A program made the translations under genes and the position numbers. The notes beneath the pieces are model-generated. The model saw only the letters and a list, made by a program, of their open reading frames with translations. It made no database searches and was not told where the DNA came from. A stretch of 64,000 nt of DNA from an uncultured virus (IMG/VR IMGVR_UViG_3300032093_000023) (lineage: Duplodnaviria > Heunggongvirae > Uroviricota > Caudoviricetes), in the IMG/VR virus record IMGVR_UViG_3300032093_000023. The stretch is one strand, 5' to 3'. Positions 49,248 through 58,389 of this stretch are shown piece by piece; the first letter of the stretch is position 1; the number at the start of each line of letters is the position of its first letter.

Positions 49248-49442
49248 TTAATCTTTTTTAATTAATAACCAAATACCAACTCCAATTGAAGCAATAGCAG
49301 CTACATTTCCTACTGTTATAGCCGAACCACCCCTTGTATCTTCATTTTCTTGCTTACTTGGTTTAATTTTTTGAGATTCTTTGTGCCATAAAAAAGAACC
49401 TAATGCTATTGCTAAAATGCCAATTATTTTTCTGTTTTCCAT
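49248..49442 (-). CDS. Small two-TM protein
   Basis: Two hydrophobic segments flanked by Lys residues. Confidence 0.7.
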   Translation of the reverse strand: MENRKIIGILAIALGSFLWHKESQKIKPSKQENEDTRGGSAITVGNVAAIASIGVGIWLLIKKD

Positions 49443-49496
49443 TTTTTTAATTTCAAGTTGTAAATATAAGTATTTTTTATTATATGTTTATCTTTA

Positions 49497-51881
49497 TTAA
49501 TCAATTAACATCTTAAATGTTTCTATAGCTTCTTGCCACTCTTTTATTTCAGAATCCGTACCACCTAATTCAATAAGAATAGTAAATGTTTCTATAGCAT
49601 TTTTCAACTCGTTATCTGGTAAAGTTGTTTCAATTTCTTTGGTTTCGCCTTTAGTTTCTATCTCTAAAACTTCTTTTTTAGGTGTTTCAATAACATCAAT
49701 TTCCTCTTTAACCTTACCTTTATTTTTAGCCTCAAATTCTACTAAAGTATCTTCTCTATTGGTATTGTAAGGAATAAAATCACTTAAATTATAAACCTTT
49801 TTAGCTACTAAAATTAATTTATCATAAAGTGTTTCTAAATATTCTAATTCTAATCCTGATGGATACGGATTATTATATCCCTCCACATTAACATCCTCTA
49901 AAGATATTCCAGAAACTAAATAATCACTACGTCTGTTTTTATCTAATAGTTTTTTAAGAACAATAGTTTCCCAAGCTCTTGCGAATAACTCTACGTTAGA
50001 AGTCCAATATGGCGTTCTTTTATTCACGTTTGGTACAATGTCAAATTTGTTTATATCAGATTTACGTGGCTGTTTATAGCAATAAGAAAACCAATTGTAA
50101 GCAGATTTTTGAAAAAACATACTTGTTTTTAAAGTCAAATCTAAATCATAAGATTCTAAGCCAAATTTATGTATAATATACCCAAAAACTCTAACCTGTG
50201 TTGAATAGTATGCTTGGTCGTTTATGAGTAACTCTTTATATTTTTCAATAGTTTCTTCAATAGTTTGTTGAATTTCTACAACCGTATGAACATAATCAAA
50301 TCCTCTTCTAAAACTATATTTTGCAGATTCACTTTCTACGGCATAAAATTTAACTTTTAATTTTGGTGTTATTGTTGGATTGCCTTTGTGGAAAAAGTTT
50401 ATAATATCCGTAAAAGCAGATGCTAACTCAACATCATTAATGTATTTTATATATTCAGTAGTTAATCTTGGCTGTGCTTTACGTTCAGCTAAATCAATCA
50501 TTACATTATCAAAATAATGCCCGTATTCGTGAGCAACAGAACCATCTCCATTTGCTTTAGTTAGGTTTATATCTTTTGTTTGTGGGAAATATGCAGCTAA
50601 ATGTCCTGCGTGTCCTTTGCCTCCAAAAACTATTCCTAATTCTCCTAATTGATTCAACTCTTTAATGTTTATATTAAGCATTTCGCCTAAATCAGACATA
50701 GCTTGTAAATAAAACTTAGTGTGCTGTTTACTCCAAGTGTCATTAACATATTCGCCATAATTAACAGCCTTATATCCAAATTTGTCAATTAACTCATTAG
50801 CTGAAATATCTCCTATTTCGTAACCGCCAGTTCTTTTTATATAACTTAATGGCTCTTTTTTATTAATAATTAACTTGTTTTCAGAACTCTTTTTTTCTGT
50901 TTTTTCTTTCTTCACTTCAAACCAACTCCAATCGTTACCTTTTGGTTTAGATTGCTCTATTTTAGCATTTATGTTAGCTAAAGATGTTGCTTTTTGACGT
51001 TCAAAGTACTTTAAAACCCATTGTCTAAAACTTTCTATATCATCTTTATATAATTGTTTAGATACAGAATTTAAAGACCATTTTGTATTCATTGCATTTT
51101 TTAATTCACTTTCAGTATAGTTTTTATACGCTTCAATATCCTTATCATTTGCAATAATATTATTTTCTTTACGTGTTAAAAGTTTATCTATTTCAGCTTT
51201 TGATTGCTCCTCTGTAATAGGCTCTTTATCTTTAGCTTCTTTGTATATTTCATAGGCTGTATCACCTTTTTTAAATAAAATATTGTAAAATCTTTTTGAG
51301 AAAATCTCCTCAATTAATTTACCCATTAATCTTTCGTTACCGTAAATTAAAGCTATTTTATAAGTTGTTTTAACGGCTTGTTCAATAGTAGCTTTCTCTT
51401 CATCTGTTTTGTTAAAAAACGAAGCGTCTAAAACATAAGCTATTATTTCATTCATTGGTAATTTAGCGTATTTGTATGCTAAATTTTCTATTTGCTCAAC
51501 ATTGTAACACTCCATTAAATCAGATTGCAACTTAGTTAAAAAAGACACATAAGCTTGTCTTTTTTGTTTGCTATTATCAGGCTTTGTTGGTACAGCTTCT
51601 CTAATTTTAACTTTTAAAAATGCAGCACCAGACGTAACACCTCTATCTCTTTCGGAATTAACGTCAATCGGTTGCCAAACTAAATCCTTTTTAATTGTAT
51701 TAAATGCAGCTACTTCATCTTTTTCTAATTCAAACAAATCGTTAAAGCTAATTATACGATATGCAGCCTTTGTTTTTTTTAAATCAGCTACACGCCCAAT
51801 ATCTTTAAATTCCTTATTAGCTTGTGCTTTTTGTAACCTTTCCTCTACTTCTTCGTGAATATTTTTTGTTTTGTTTTCCAT
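49497..51881 (-). CDS. Polyvalent protein with zincin and LPD1-like domains
   Basis: LAAYFP...GSVAHEYGHYFD (HEYGH at 50517-50531), YWTSNVELFARAWE and PYPSGLE. ATG at 51881 preferred over the track start at 51899. Confidence 0.75.
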   Translation of the reverse strand: MENKTKNIHEEVEERLQKAQANKEFKDIGRVADLKKTKAAYRIISFNDLFELEKDEVAAFNTIKKDLVWQPIDVNSERDRGVTSGAAFLKVKIREAVPTKPDNSKQKRQAYVSFLTKLQSDLMECYNVEQIENLAYKYAKLPMNEIIAYVLDASFFNKTDEEKATIEQAVKTTYKIALIYGNERLMGKLIEEIFSKRFYNILFKKGDTAYEIYKEAKDKEPITEEQSKAEIDKLLTRKENNIIANDKDIEAYKNYTESELKNAMNTKWSLNSVSKQLYKDDIESFRQWVLKYFERQKATSLANINAKIEQSKPKGNDWSWFEVKKEKTEKKSSENKLIINKKEPLSYIKRTGGYEIGDISANELIDKFGYKAVNYGEYVNDTWSKQHTKFYLQAMSDLGEMLNINIKELNQLGELGIVFGGKGHAGHLAAYFPQTKDINLTKANGDGSVAHEYGHYFDNVMIDLAERKAQPRLTTEYIKYINDVELASAFTDIINFFHKGNPTITPKLKVKFYAVESESAKYSFRRGFDYVHTVVEIQQTIEETIEKYKELLINDQAYYSTQVRVFGYIIHKFGLESYDLDLTLKTSMFFQKSAYNWFSYCYKQPRKSDINKFDIVPNVNKRTPYWTSNVELFARAWETIVLKKLLDKNRRSDYLVSGISLEDVNVEGYNNPYPSGLELEYLETLYDKLILVAKKVYNLSDFIPYNTNREDTLVEFEAKNKGKVKEEIDVIETPKKEVLEIETKGETKEIETTLPDNELKNAIETFTILIELGGTDSEIKEWQEAIETFKMLID

Positions 51882-51882
51882 T

Positions 51883-54800
51883 TTATAAAAATTTTCCAAA
51901 TTGTTCTTCCATTATTTTTTTCTCAATATCCTCGTGTTTATCAGTAGTAATATCTCCACCTTTAGAAAACTGTTCAACACCATATTTAGGAGCGTTTTCT
52001 TTAACCCAATTATCAATTAATTTATTTTGCTCTTTAATAGATTTATCACTATTAATTACTTCTTTGTGCATTTTATCAAAAGCCTTATCATATTCGCTAT
52101 TTTCAACATCACTATCTAAAAGCATTTTAAAGGTTTCAATAGCCTCATTCCATTCCTTTAACTCTTTTTTACTACCGCCAAGCGATACTAACATTTCAAA
52201 GGTATCAATAGCTTCTTTTAATTCTGTTTGCTCATTTGATTGTTCTTTAACTTCTGGAATAAAAGTTTCATCAATAGGTTCTGTTTTTATTTCAGTTTTA
52301 GTTTTAAGATTTTCTGGAACTTTTAATTTTAAAGCTTTATGTAACTCCACTAAAAAATCCCTTTTAATAACTTCATTTGGATATTTTAAATCATAGTTTT
52401 CAAACATATCCAATATGTTTTTGTTTTGATAAGTTCCGTATTTTAATAACCTTACTTTTTCAGCCCACTTATCCCATTGATTTTTGGTTTTAATTTTATT
52501 CCATTCTTTATAAATTTCATTAAAAGAGTTAGCTGCATCATTATCTATTTCTGTTATGCTTTCAAAAGTTCCCACTTTAACTGGTTTAGCAGATTCTTTT
52601 TTCTTAGAATTAATTGTTTTACTGTAAGATAAAGCATCACCTTGTATAATGTAAGCTCTATTTTTCTCATCGTAATATAACTCTAAAGTTTCAGTATTAC
52701 AAACTTCTAAAATTTCTCTGAAATATTTTATATTAAAAACAAAATTACAGTCTATTGGTAATATCATAGGCATAATTAAATATACGCTATCTTTCATTTG
52801 AAAATTACCTTCCTCTTTTGTATAATTTACAGTACATATTTTAACCTCTTTTTCAATCTTCAATTCACTTCTATTTGTTATACCTAAATAAATATCTAAT
52901 TCATTATTTTTAGTTGGCTTATCGTAAATACTAATATCTGTTTTAGCATTTTCTTTAATAAAAGATTTAGCTTCATCACTATTAATACAAATAAATAAAT
53001 CTTTGATATTTATGTTAAGTTTTTTTGATTTATATGTCGGTATAACTCCATTATATGCGGGGTATCTACCATCTATTTTTCTGGTAATAAATTCATATCC
53101 ATCATTTTCAAACTTAATATAATTAGGTGTGCAAGTAACAACTAAAGGACTTTCATCAATATTATCTAAAAATTTTAATAAGTTGATTTTAGGTAAAATA
53201 ACTTGAAAATCAGCTATGTCTTTGTTTATTTCACAATATTCTGTAATGTTTTTCTTAAACATTATATGGGCGTTTGTACTTACTAAAAACAATTGGTTGT
53301 TGTTATAATCTAACAATATTCCCATCATAACAGGTCTAATATCATCATTGCCTGTGAAATCTACTGCTGTTTTAATGTAGTGTGTAAAAACCTCTGAATT
53401 TATAATAAATTTAAGTTTAGTTTCACCTAAATCTGTTTTAGGATTAGGGAACTCATCAAAGCCACTAATAGCTTCGTTTGGATTATATTCAATAGCATTA
53501 TTTAACAGATTATAAATACCATCTTTTAAATCAATATTTTTTATTGTTAAATAATTTTCTCCACTTTCGTAAGAGGCAGCATAAATTTTGCCATTATCTA
53601 CCTTAAAGTTTTCTAATAATACTATTGCAGGATTTTTACCTCCAAAGTCTTTTAACATTTTTATATCAGAACTTTTAATAACATCGTAATTGCCATAATT
53701 CATTTTAAATTCGGCAATAGTACCATCTTGATTAACAATAGCATCTTTAGAAAAATCGTAATAAACTAATAATTCTCTACTAAAATCTAATTCAAATGCG
53801 CCATTTACAACAACATCATCATTAGATGTGTAAACAATAGTTGGCATTAATAAAAATATTTCATCTTTACCTACACTATAATTTTTACTTGTACTAAATA
53901 CAACTGCATTATTAGGATTTTTGGTAAAAGCGTATATTTTTTTATGTCCTAATTTTAAAGCTGTTTCTAATATGTCAGTTAAAAACTTAATATTAAACCC
54001 TATTGAAGTATCTCCCAAACTATATACAGCTTGGTGAGATGATTTATTAACATAGTTTTGTGCAACGTTTGTGTATTGTAAAATTTTATAAATACTAATT
54101 TCGTGAACTCTTATTGCATCACTCGCTTTTGGTATTACAGCTTCGTAATTTGGATATTTTTTAACTGTAAATAAGTCTTTTTTAATTTCAGCATCCGCTA
54201 AATATTTTTTTGATACAGTAGCATACGTTCCATTAAAATCTTTATTAGGATATGGCAATGTAATTAATTTATGTGCATCTGTACAAGTAATACCATTTTC
54301 ATCAAAATGAACGCCTGACATTATTGGTCTTAAAGCATCTGTTCCTGTAAATGGCGTTACTATTTTAATTAATTCTTTATTGTATGGGCTATTAACAAAA
54401 TTAACTTTTTTAATTTCGTTAGTGTTTTTCCAAACTTGTGGCACTTCATCCCAATTTTTTACAGAGTATGAATTGATAGTTTTACCTGTTTCCTCTTCTT
54501 TTAATTTATCCTCCATAAAATCTTTTAAGTCATTTATTTCAGAACGAACCACCTCTCCTGTTTTATTAATGTAATATTTACCTTTATTTTCAGTATCAAA
54601 TTCAGCGTTCATCTTTTCTGCATTTAATTTCTCTTCCATTTTATCAAGTTCTTTGTAATAATCTATAAATTCTGATAAATGGTCAAGTGCTATCTCTTTT
54701 TGTTTTTCGGTATCTTTAGTATGCTCCGATTCAATCTTCATCCCTTTACTTAATTGCTCTTTAGCATATTCGATTGATACTTTATGCTTATTAGCAATAT

Positions 54801-55686
54801 CCTCAATAGTTAATTTATCGGCTTTTCCGCCTATCAGAGTTTCTTTATTTTCCATTTCGTTTGTTTTTATTTCTCCACCGTTATTATATTTTTCGGGATT
54901 ATGCCCCCAAATTAATAAACTTGTATGTTTCCTTGTTTTACTTCCTTTGTCATCATATAAATCACCTTTCATTCCACTCATACGGCTTATGAAACTTATT
55001 TGTTTTTTAGCCCATCTCCACATATTAGGTGTCCATTTAGTGTAAGGAATGTCCAACATTTTTAATATCCATCTTGCACTTTCTCTACCGCTATCAATAC
55101 CTTTTTCTTTGGTTTCTGATGCACTTAATCCAGCTTCTTTACCCTCTTTACTTTCGTAAAAATTTTGTAATTCAGATTTACTCATATTAACTAAACTTTT
55201 CCATTTAGTATATGTTTCTTTGTCTAATGCTTTTCCTTCTTTGGTATTGTAAAACTCTTTAGCTTCACTTTTACTCATTTTTTCAACGGCTTTCCATTTA
55301 TTTTTAATTTCTCCGCCACCTTTAAACTCATCACTATAATTACTAATATTACAACTTTTTTCAGATTGCATTATATTTACAATTTCTTTACAAGTTCCAG
55401 TTATATTTCTTTTTTTTGGATTTAATACAGTTAATTTACAAAGTATAAAATCTACGCTATTAGCTTCGTGTTGCTTAAATTCACAATTAGCATATTCAAA
55501 TATAGTGTCTAAAATCTCTTTATTGTTTTTGTTTTTAAACTCAAATATTTTTTCGCTTTGCATAGCATTCTTGCACAGCTTGTACTCAAATTGCTCAACT
55601 TCAATTGGCTTTACGCCATCTACCAATACATCTATACCACCTTCTTTGTGAGATTTGCCTGTACTATAAAAACCACTTTTAGCCAT
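51883..55686 (-). CDS. Polyvalent protein: GxSHxxGG domain, DUF3140-like, DUF5661-like and beta-clamp-like domains
   Basis: GKSHKEGGI; VNMSKSEL...SLLIWGHNP; GMKIESEH...IALDHL; two RP[IV]MxG...T[DN]AH...YPxYxxVIP...[LI]MP clamp-like units. Confidence 0.7.
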   Translation of the reverse strand: MAKSGFYSTGKSHKEGGIDVLVDGVKPIEVEQFEYKLCKNAMQSEKIFEFKNKNNKEILDTIFEYANCEFKQHEANSVDFILCKLTVLNPKKRNITGTCKEIVNIMQSEKSCNISNYSDEFKGGGEIKNKWKAVEKMSKSEAKEFYNTKEGKALDKETYTKWKSLVNMSKSELQNFYESKEGKEAGLSASETKEKGIDSGRESARWILKMLDIPYTKWTPNMWRWAKKQISFISRMSGMKGDLYDDKGSKTRKHTSLLIWGHNPEKYNNGGEIKTNEMENKETLIGGKADKLTIEDIANKHKVSIEYAKEQLSKGMKIESEHTKDTEKQKEIALDHLSEFIDYYKELDKMEEKLNAEKMNAEFDTENKGKYYINKTGEVVRSEINDLKDFMEDKLKEEETGKTINSYSVKNWDEVPQVWKNTNEIKKVNFVNSPYNKELIKIVTPFTGTDALRPIMSGVHFDENGITCTDAHKLITLPYPNKDFNGTYATVSKKYLADAEIKKDLFTVKKYPNYEAVIPKASDAIRVHEISIYKILQYTNVAQNYVNKSSHQAVYSLGDTSIGFNIKFLTDILETALKLGHKKIYAFTKNPNNAVVFSTSKNYSVGKDEIFLLMPTIVYTSNDDVVVNGAFELDFSRELLVYYDFSKDAIVNQDGTIAEFKMNYGNYDVIKSSDIKMLKDFGGKNPAIVLLENFKVDNGKIYAASYESGENYLTIKNIDLKDGIYNLLNNAIEYNPNEAISGFDEFPNPKTDLGETKLKFIINSEVFTHYIKTAVDFTGNDDIRPVMMGILLDYNNNQLFLVSTNAHIMFKKNITEYCEINKDIADFQVILPKINLLKFLDNIDESPLVVTCTPNYIKFENDGYEFITRKIDGRYPAYNGVIPTYKSKKLNINIKDLFICINSDEAKSFIKENAKTDISIYDKPTKNNELDIYLGITNRSELKIEKEVKICTVNYTKEEGNFQMKDSVYLIMPMILPIDCNFVFNIKYFREILEVCNTETLELYYDEKNRAYIIQGDALSYSKTINSKKKESAKPVKVGTFESITEIDNDAANSFNEIYKEWNKIKTKNQWDKWAEKVRLLKYGTYQNKNILDMFENYDLKYPNEVIKRDFLVELHKALKLKVPENLKTKTEIKTEPIDETFIPEVKEQSNEQTELKEAIDTFEMLVSLGGSKKELKEWNEAIETFKMLLDSDVENSEYDKAFDKMHKEVINSDKSIKEQNKLIDNWVKENAPKYGVEQFSKGGDITTDKHEDIEKKIMEEQFGKFL

Positions 55687-55776
55687 TTATAAAATTATTT
55701 AAACGCAAAAATACAAATAAAATGCTAACTATAAGCAAATTATTTGTATTATACAAAATTTAATTAAAATTTATTT

Positions 55777-56142
55777 TTATCCAATAATATTGGAACAAAC
55801 AATTTTATCCCTATCAATAATTACAACATTATTGTGTTCAATCAATCTAAATATGTCATCATTAACCCTTTTTGCGTTAAGTAAATGTTTTGAAATTATA
55901 ATTTTAGGTATGCCGTTTTCCTCTTCAATTAATTCACCTAATTTTTTTTGTAAAACAATAGGATTTATCGTATCTATAATTTTTAAATTATTTTGCCCAC
56001 TAGAATTATAACTTATAATCACAAGACTATTAAGTTTTGGCATTTTACCACCATAAGAATCAGCATAAATGCCTATGTTTTTTACAAAAGAATAATATCC
56101 ATTTATAAAGATGTTTTCGTTTTCTTTAATGTATGTATCCAT
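55777..56142 (-). CDS. Hypothetical protein
   Basis: ORF track; co-oriented with neighbours. Confidence 0.55.
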   Translation of the reverse strand: MDTYIKENENIFINGYYSFVKNIGIYADSYGGKMPKLNSLVIISYNSSGQNNLKIIDTINPIVLQKKLGELIEEENGIPKIIISKHLLNAKRVNDDIFRLIEHNNVVIIDRDKIVCSNIIG

Positions 56143-56147
56143 ATTAT

Positions 56148-56555
56148 TTATTTTTTATTAAGTTGTTCAACTTGCCCTTCGTACAAATGACCTTGCTCTT
56201 TTAGATATAAGTCAATTACTGTTTTTACTTTCTCTAAATCGCTCAAAAACTCCCCCTTTTTTCTGCATCTCACAATTCTTTTTATCAAATCAAATTCATA
56301 AGCATTTAATTTATGCTGTTCTGCAAATAGGTAAAGTGAACCGTTTGTATTGTCGTAGTGGCTGTTTGAAATTTCCATTTTTTTCATACTATTTGCTTTT
56401 TTGTTAATTAATACTTTATCCTCTGCCATTTTTATAATCTCATTTATAATCCAAACTTGGTCTTTTTTTAGTGATGGCGTAAAAATAGTGCTACTCATAT
56501 TTGGTTCTATTTGCCTTAACTCTTTTATAAAATCTTCTAAAATTTCTATATCCAT
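56148..56555 (-). CDS. DUF3310/SaV-like domain protein
   Basis: SHYD...FDLIKRIVRCRKKG...DLEKVKTVID. Confidence 0.6.
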   Translation of the reverse strand: MDIEILEDFIKELRQIEPNMSSTIFTPSLKKDQVWIINEIIKMAEDKVLINKKANSMKKMEISNSHYDNTNGSLYLFAEQHKLNAYEFDLIKRIVRCRKKGEFLSDLEKVKTVIDLYLKEQGHLYEGQVEQLNKK

Positions 56556-56566
56556 ACTTTTATTTT

Positions 56567-56839
56567 TTATATACTTTTTAATTCACTAATTAGTTTTTCA
56601 GTTTCCAAAATTAATGGTTCTAATAAATAGCTTTGAATAGGATTAATACAACTTTGTAATTTACGTTCTTCGTTTATATCACTATACAAATTAATTAATT
56701 TACGCCTAACAACTTCTTTTCCGTTTATATCCCAATAATCATTTATTTGTTTCTCTTGGTGTTTTTGCCAAGCTATAGGTTTATGAATAATTAAATTATC
56801 ATTCATTAATTTCTGTGCTTTTATTTTTATATTATCCAT
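56567..56839 (-). CDS. Hypothetical protein
   Basis: ORF track; abuts its neighbours. Confidence 0.55.
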   Translation of the reverse strand: MDNIKIKAQKLMNDNLIIHKPIAWQKHQEKQINDYWDINGKEVVRRKLINLYSDINEERKLQSCINPIQSYLLEPLILETEKLISELKSI

Positions 56840-56840
56840 A

Positions 56841-57245
56841 CTATTGCCAACCTTTTACGATTTGTTTTAATTGTTTTGTGTTTGCCTTGAACCATTCTTT
56901 GTCAATTACTTTTAATATTATATGAGGATAATATTTAGCCATACGAGCTATTTTAGTTTTGCTTTTAGCGTCTAGGTATCCTTTTACCTCTCTCAATTCA
57001 AAAGTTCCATTGTTATGTATTATTTCAAAATCTGGCAAATAACTTACAACTCCACGTTTAATGCCATCAAACCACCATGTTCTTGGCTCGTGTAACCAAT
57101 CTTTAATTAAACCATTCTCCTTACAAAACTCTAAATAACAAGCATAGTTAGCTTCCCATTTTGAACGAGCGTATAATCTCTTACCGCCTATTTCAAGCCA
57201 TTGCTGTTTCCAGCCAGTTTTTAGTCTATTATTTAATGGGTGCAT
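56841..57245 (-). CDS. PD-(D/E)XK endonuclease (DUF1064-like)
   Basis: RSKWEANYA...WLHEP...YLPDF...EVKG; ATG at 57245 preferred. Confidence 0.75.
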   Translation of the reverse strand: MHPLNNRLKTGWKQQWLEIGGKRLYARSKWEANYACYLEFCKENGLIKDWLHEPRTWWFDGIKRGVVSYLPDFEIIHNNGTFELREVKGYLDAKSKTKIARMAKYYPHIILKVIDKEWFKANTKQLKQIVKGWQ

Positions 57246-57246
57246 A

Positions 57247-57540
57247 TTAGTTCTTGTTTTCAGATTGCAGAACAAGTATAACACCCCAAGCAAAAACAAT
57301 TCTTAAATATGGGCTTGGATGTTTTTTATTAGGTAAACTTATTGGAACATCTAAGCATTTAGCTAACTCTTGAATAGTTAAGGCATCTACTCCACTTATA
57401 ATATCTGTTGTAAAACAGTCATAGTAAGCATTTTTACTTCTATTAATTTTAGCTAAATCGGATATTGTGTTTAGCAATATTTGAACCGAATCATAAGCAT
57501 TTATCTTCATGTCAATTACTAAGTTTTTTAAATCTCGCAT
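57247..57540 (-). CDS. Hypothetical protein
   Basis: Directly downstream of the promoter at 57568-57598. Confidence 0.6.
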   Translation of the reverse strand: MRDLKNLVIDMKINAYDSVQILLNTISDLAKINRSKNAYYDCFTTDIISGVDALTIQELAKCLDVPISLPNKKHPSPYLRIVFAWGVILVLQSENKN

Positions 57541-57567
57541 AAAAATAGTGTTTATTTTAATATTTCG

Positions 57568-57598
57568 CTAAATTAATCATTATTTAATGAATATACAA
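57568..57598 (-). promoter_or_regulatory. Bacteroidota sigma70-type promoter, repeated copy 1
   Basis: TTG-TATATTCATTAAATAATGAT-TAATTTAG (near-consensus -7 element). Confidence 0.6.
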
Positions 57599-57600
57599 CT

Positions 57601-57945
57601 TTATTTAATAATCTCACAATTTCCACTAATATATTTAGATATTCTTGGTTCTGCAACTGACTCATAAAATACACTTGGTCTTTTTTCAAAGTTAAAATCA
57701 GACTTATGAGCATTAATACCAAAACCTCCATCTACTCTAAAAACATTGAAACAATTGCCGTTTTTCCTATCAATAAGCATATCATTTTCGTATATCTCAT
57801 CTCCATTCATATCTTTTAGATTGATATATTGTTCTAAAATATCATCTCCTAAATGAGGTGTACAATCTTGTAAAGTTTTTAAATCAACAAAAACTTTCTT
57901 CTCTATATTTTGTATTTTAAGATTTTGTCTAAATTTAATTTCCAT
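57601..57945 (-). CDS. YopX-family protein
   Basis: EIKFR...QYINLKDMNGDEIYENDML. Confidence 0.75.
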   Translation of the reverse strand: MEIKFRQNLKIQNIEKKVFVDLKTLQDCTPHLGDDILEQYINLKDMNGDEIYENDMLIDRKNGNCFNVFRVDGGFGINAHKSDFNFEKRPSVFYESVAEPRISKYISGNCEIIK

Positions 57946-57959
57946 TTTATTATTTATTT

Positions 57960-58157
57960 TTAATCATTTTCCTCTAAAATATCTGTAATTAACCTAGAAG
58001 CTAGTAATTGTTCATATTTAGTGTATTTTACGCCATACACGTTATTTTGAATAATGTTATACATATACTTTATTCGTCTAAATTTTGACAGTTTTTCGTT
58101 AGTTAATGGGTCAATTACGTTTTTATCACTTAAATATTTTGTTATAACTCTTTCCAT
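57960..58157 (-). CDS. Hypothetical protein
   Basis: 65-aa ORF with an A-rich leader. Confidence 0.55.
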   Translation of the reverse strand: MERVITKYLSDKNVIDPLTNEKLSKFRRIKYMYNIIQNNVYGVKYTKYEQLLASRLITDILEEND

Positions 58158-58227
58158 TTTTTTTATTTACTTTTATGTATTTTTAGATTACCCCTAGAAT
58201 ACTAACTATGCTAACATACGATTTAGT

Positions 58228-58353
58228 GAATTTCATTTAACAACTGCGGACACCACAACCATTAAAGAGGATTTATTCAGTCTTCGATACCTTGTACTTC
58301 GGTCTGACTTCTTTAATATTTACAAGGCTGTTAATTCAGGTACATCGCTACCT
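58228..58353 (-). ncRNA. Candidate structured RNA with pseudoknot
   Basis: Nested complementary segments ACAGCC/GGUUGU, AUUAAAGA/UCUUUAAU, UCAG/CUGA and ACC/GGU, plus crossing UUGUA/UACAA, in a GC-richer gap. No family recognised. Confidence 0.35.
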
Positions 58354-58389
58354 AAAGATTGGATTAATTGTGTGTTGTTGTTTGTCATA

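Noticed and set aside
51883..55686. Calling the 1267-aa protein dnaN
   Set aside because: The clamp-like units are only part of a multidomain polyvalent protein outside the replication cluster.
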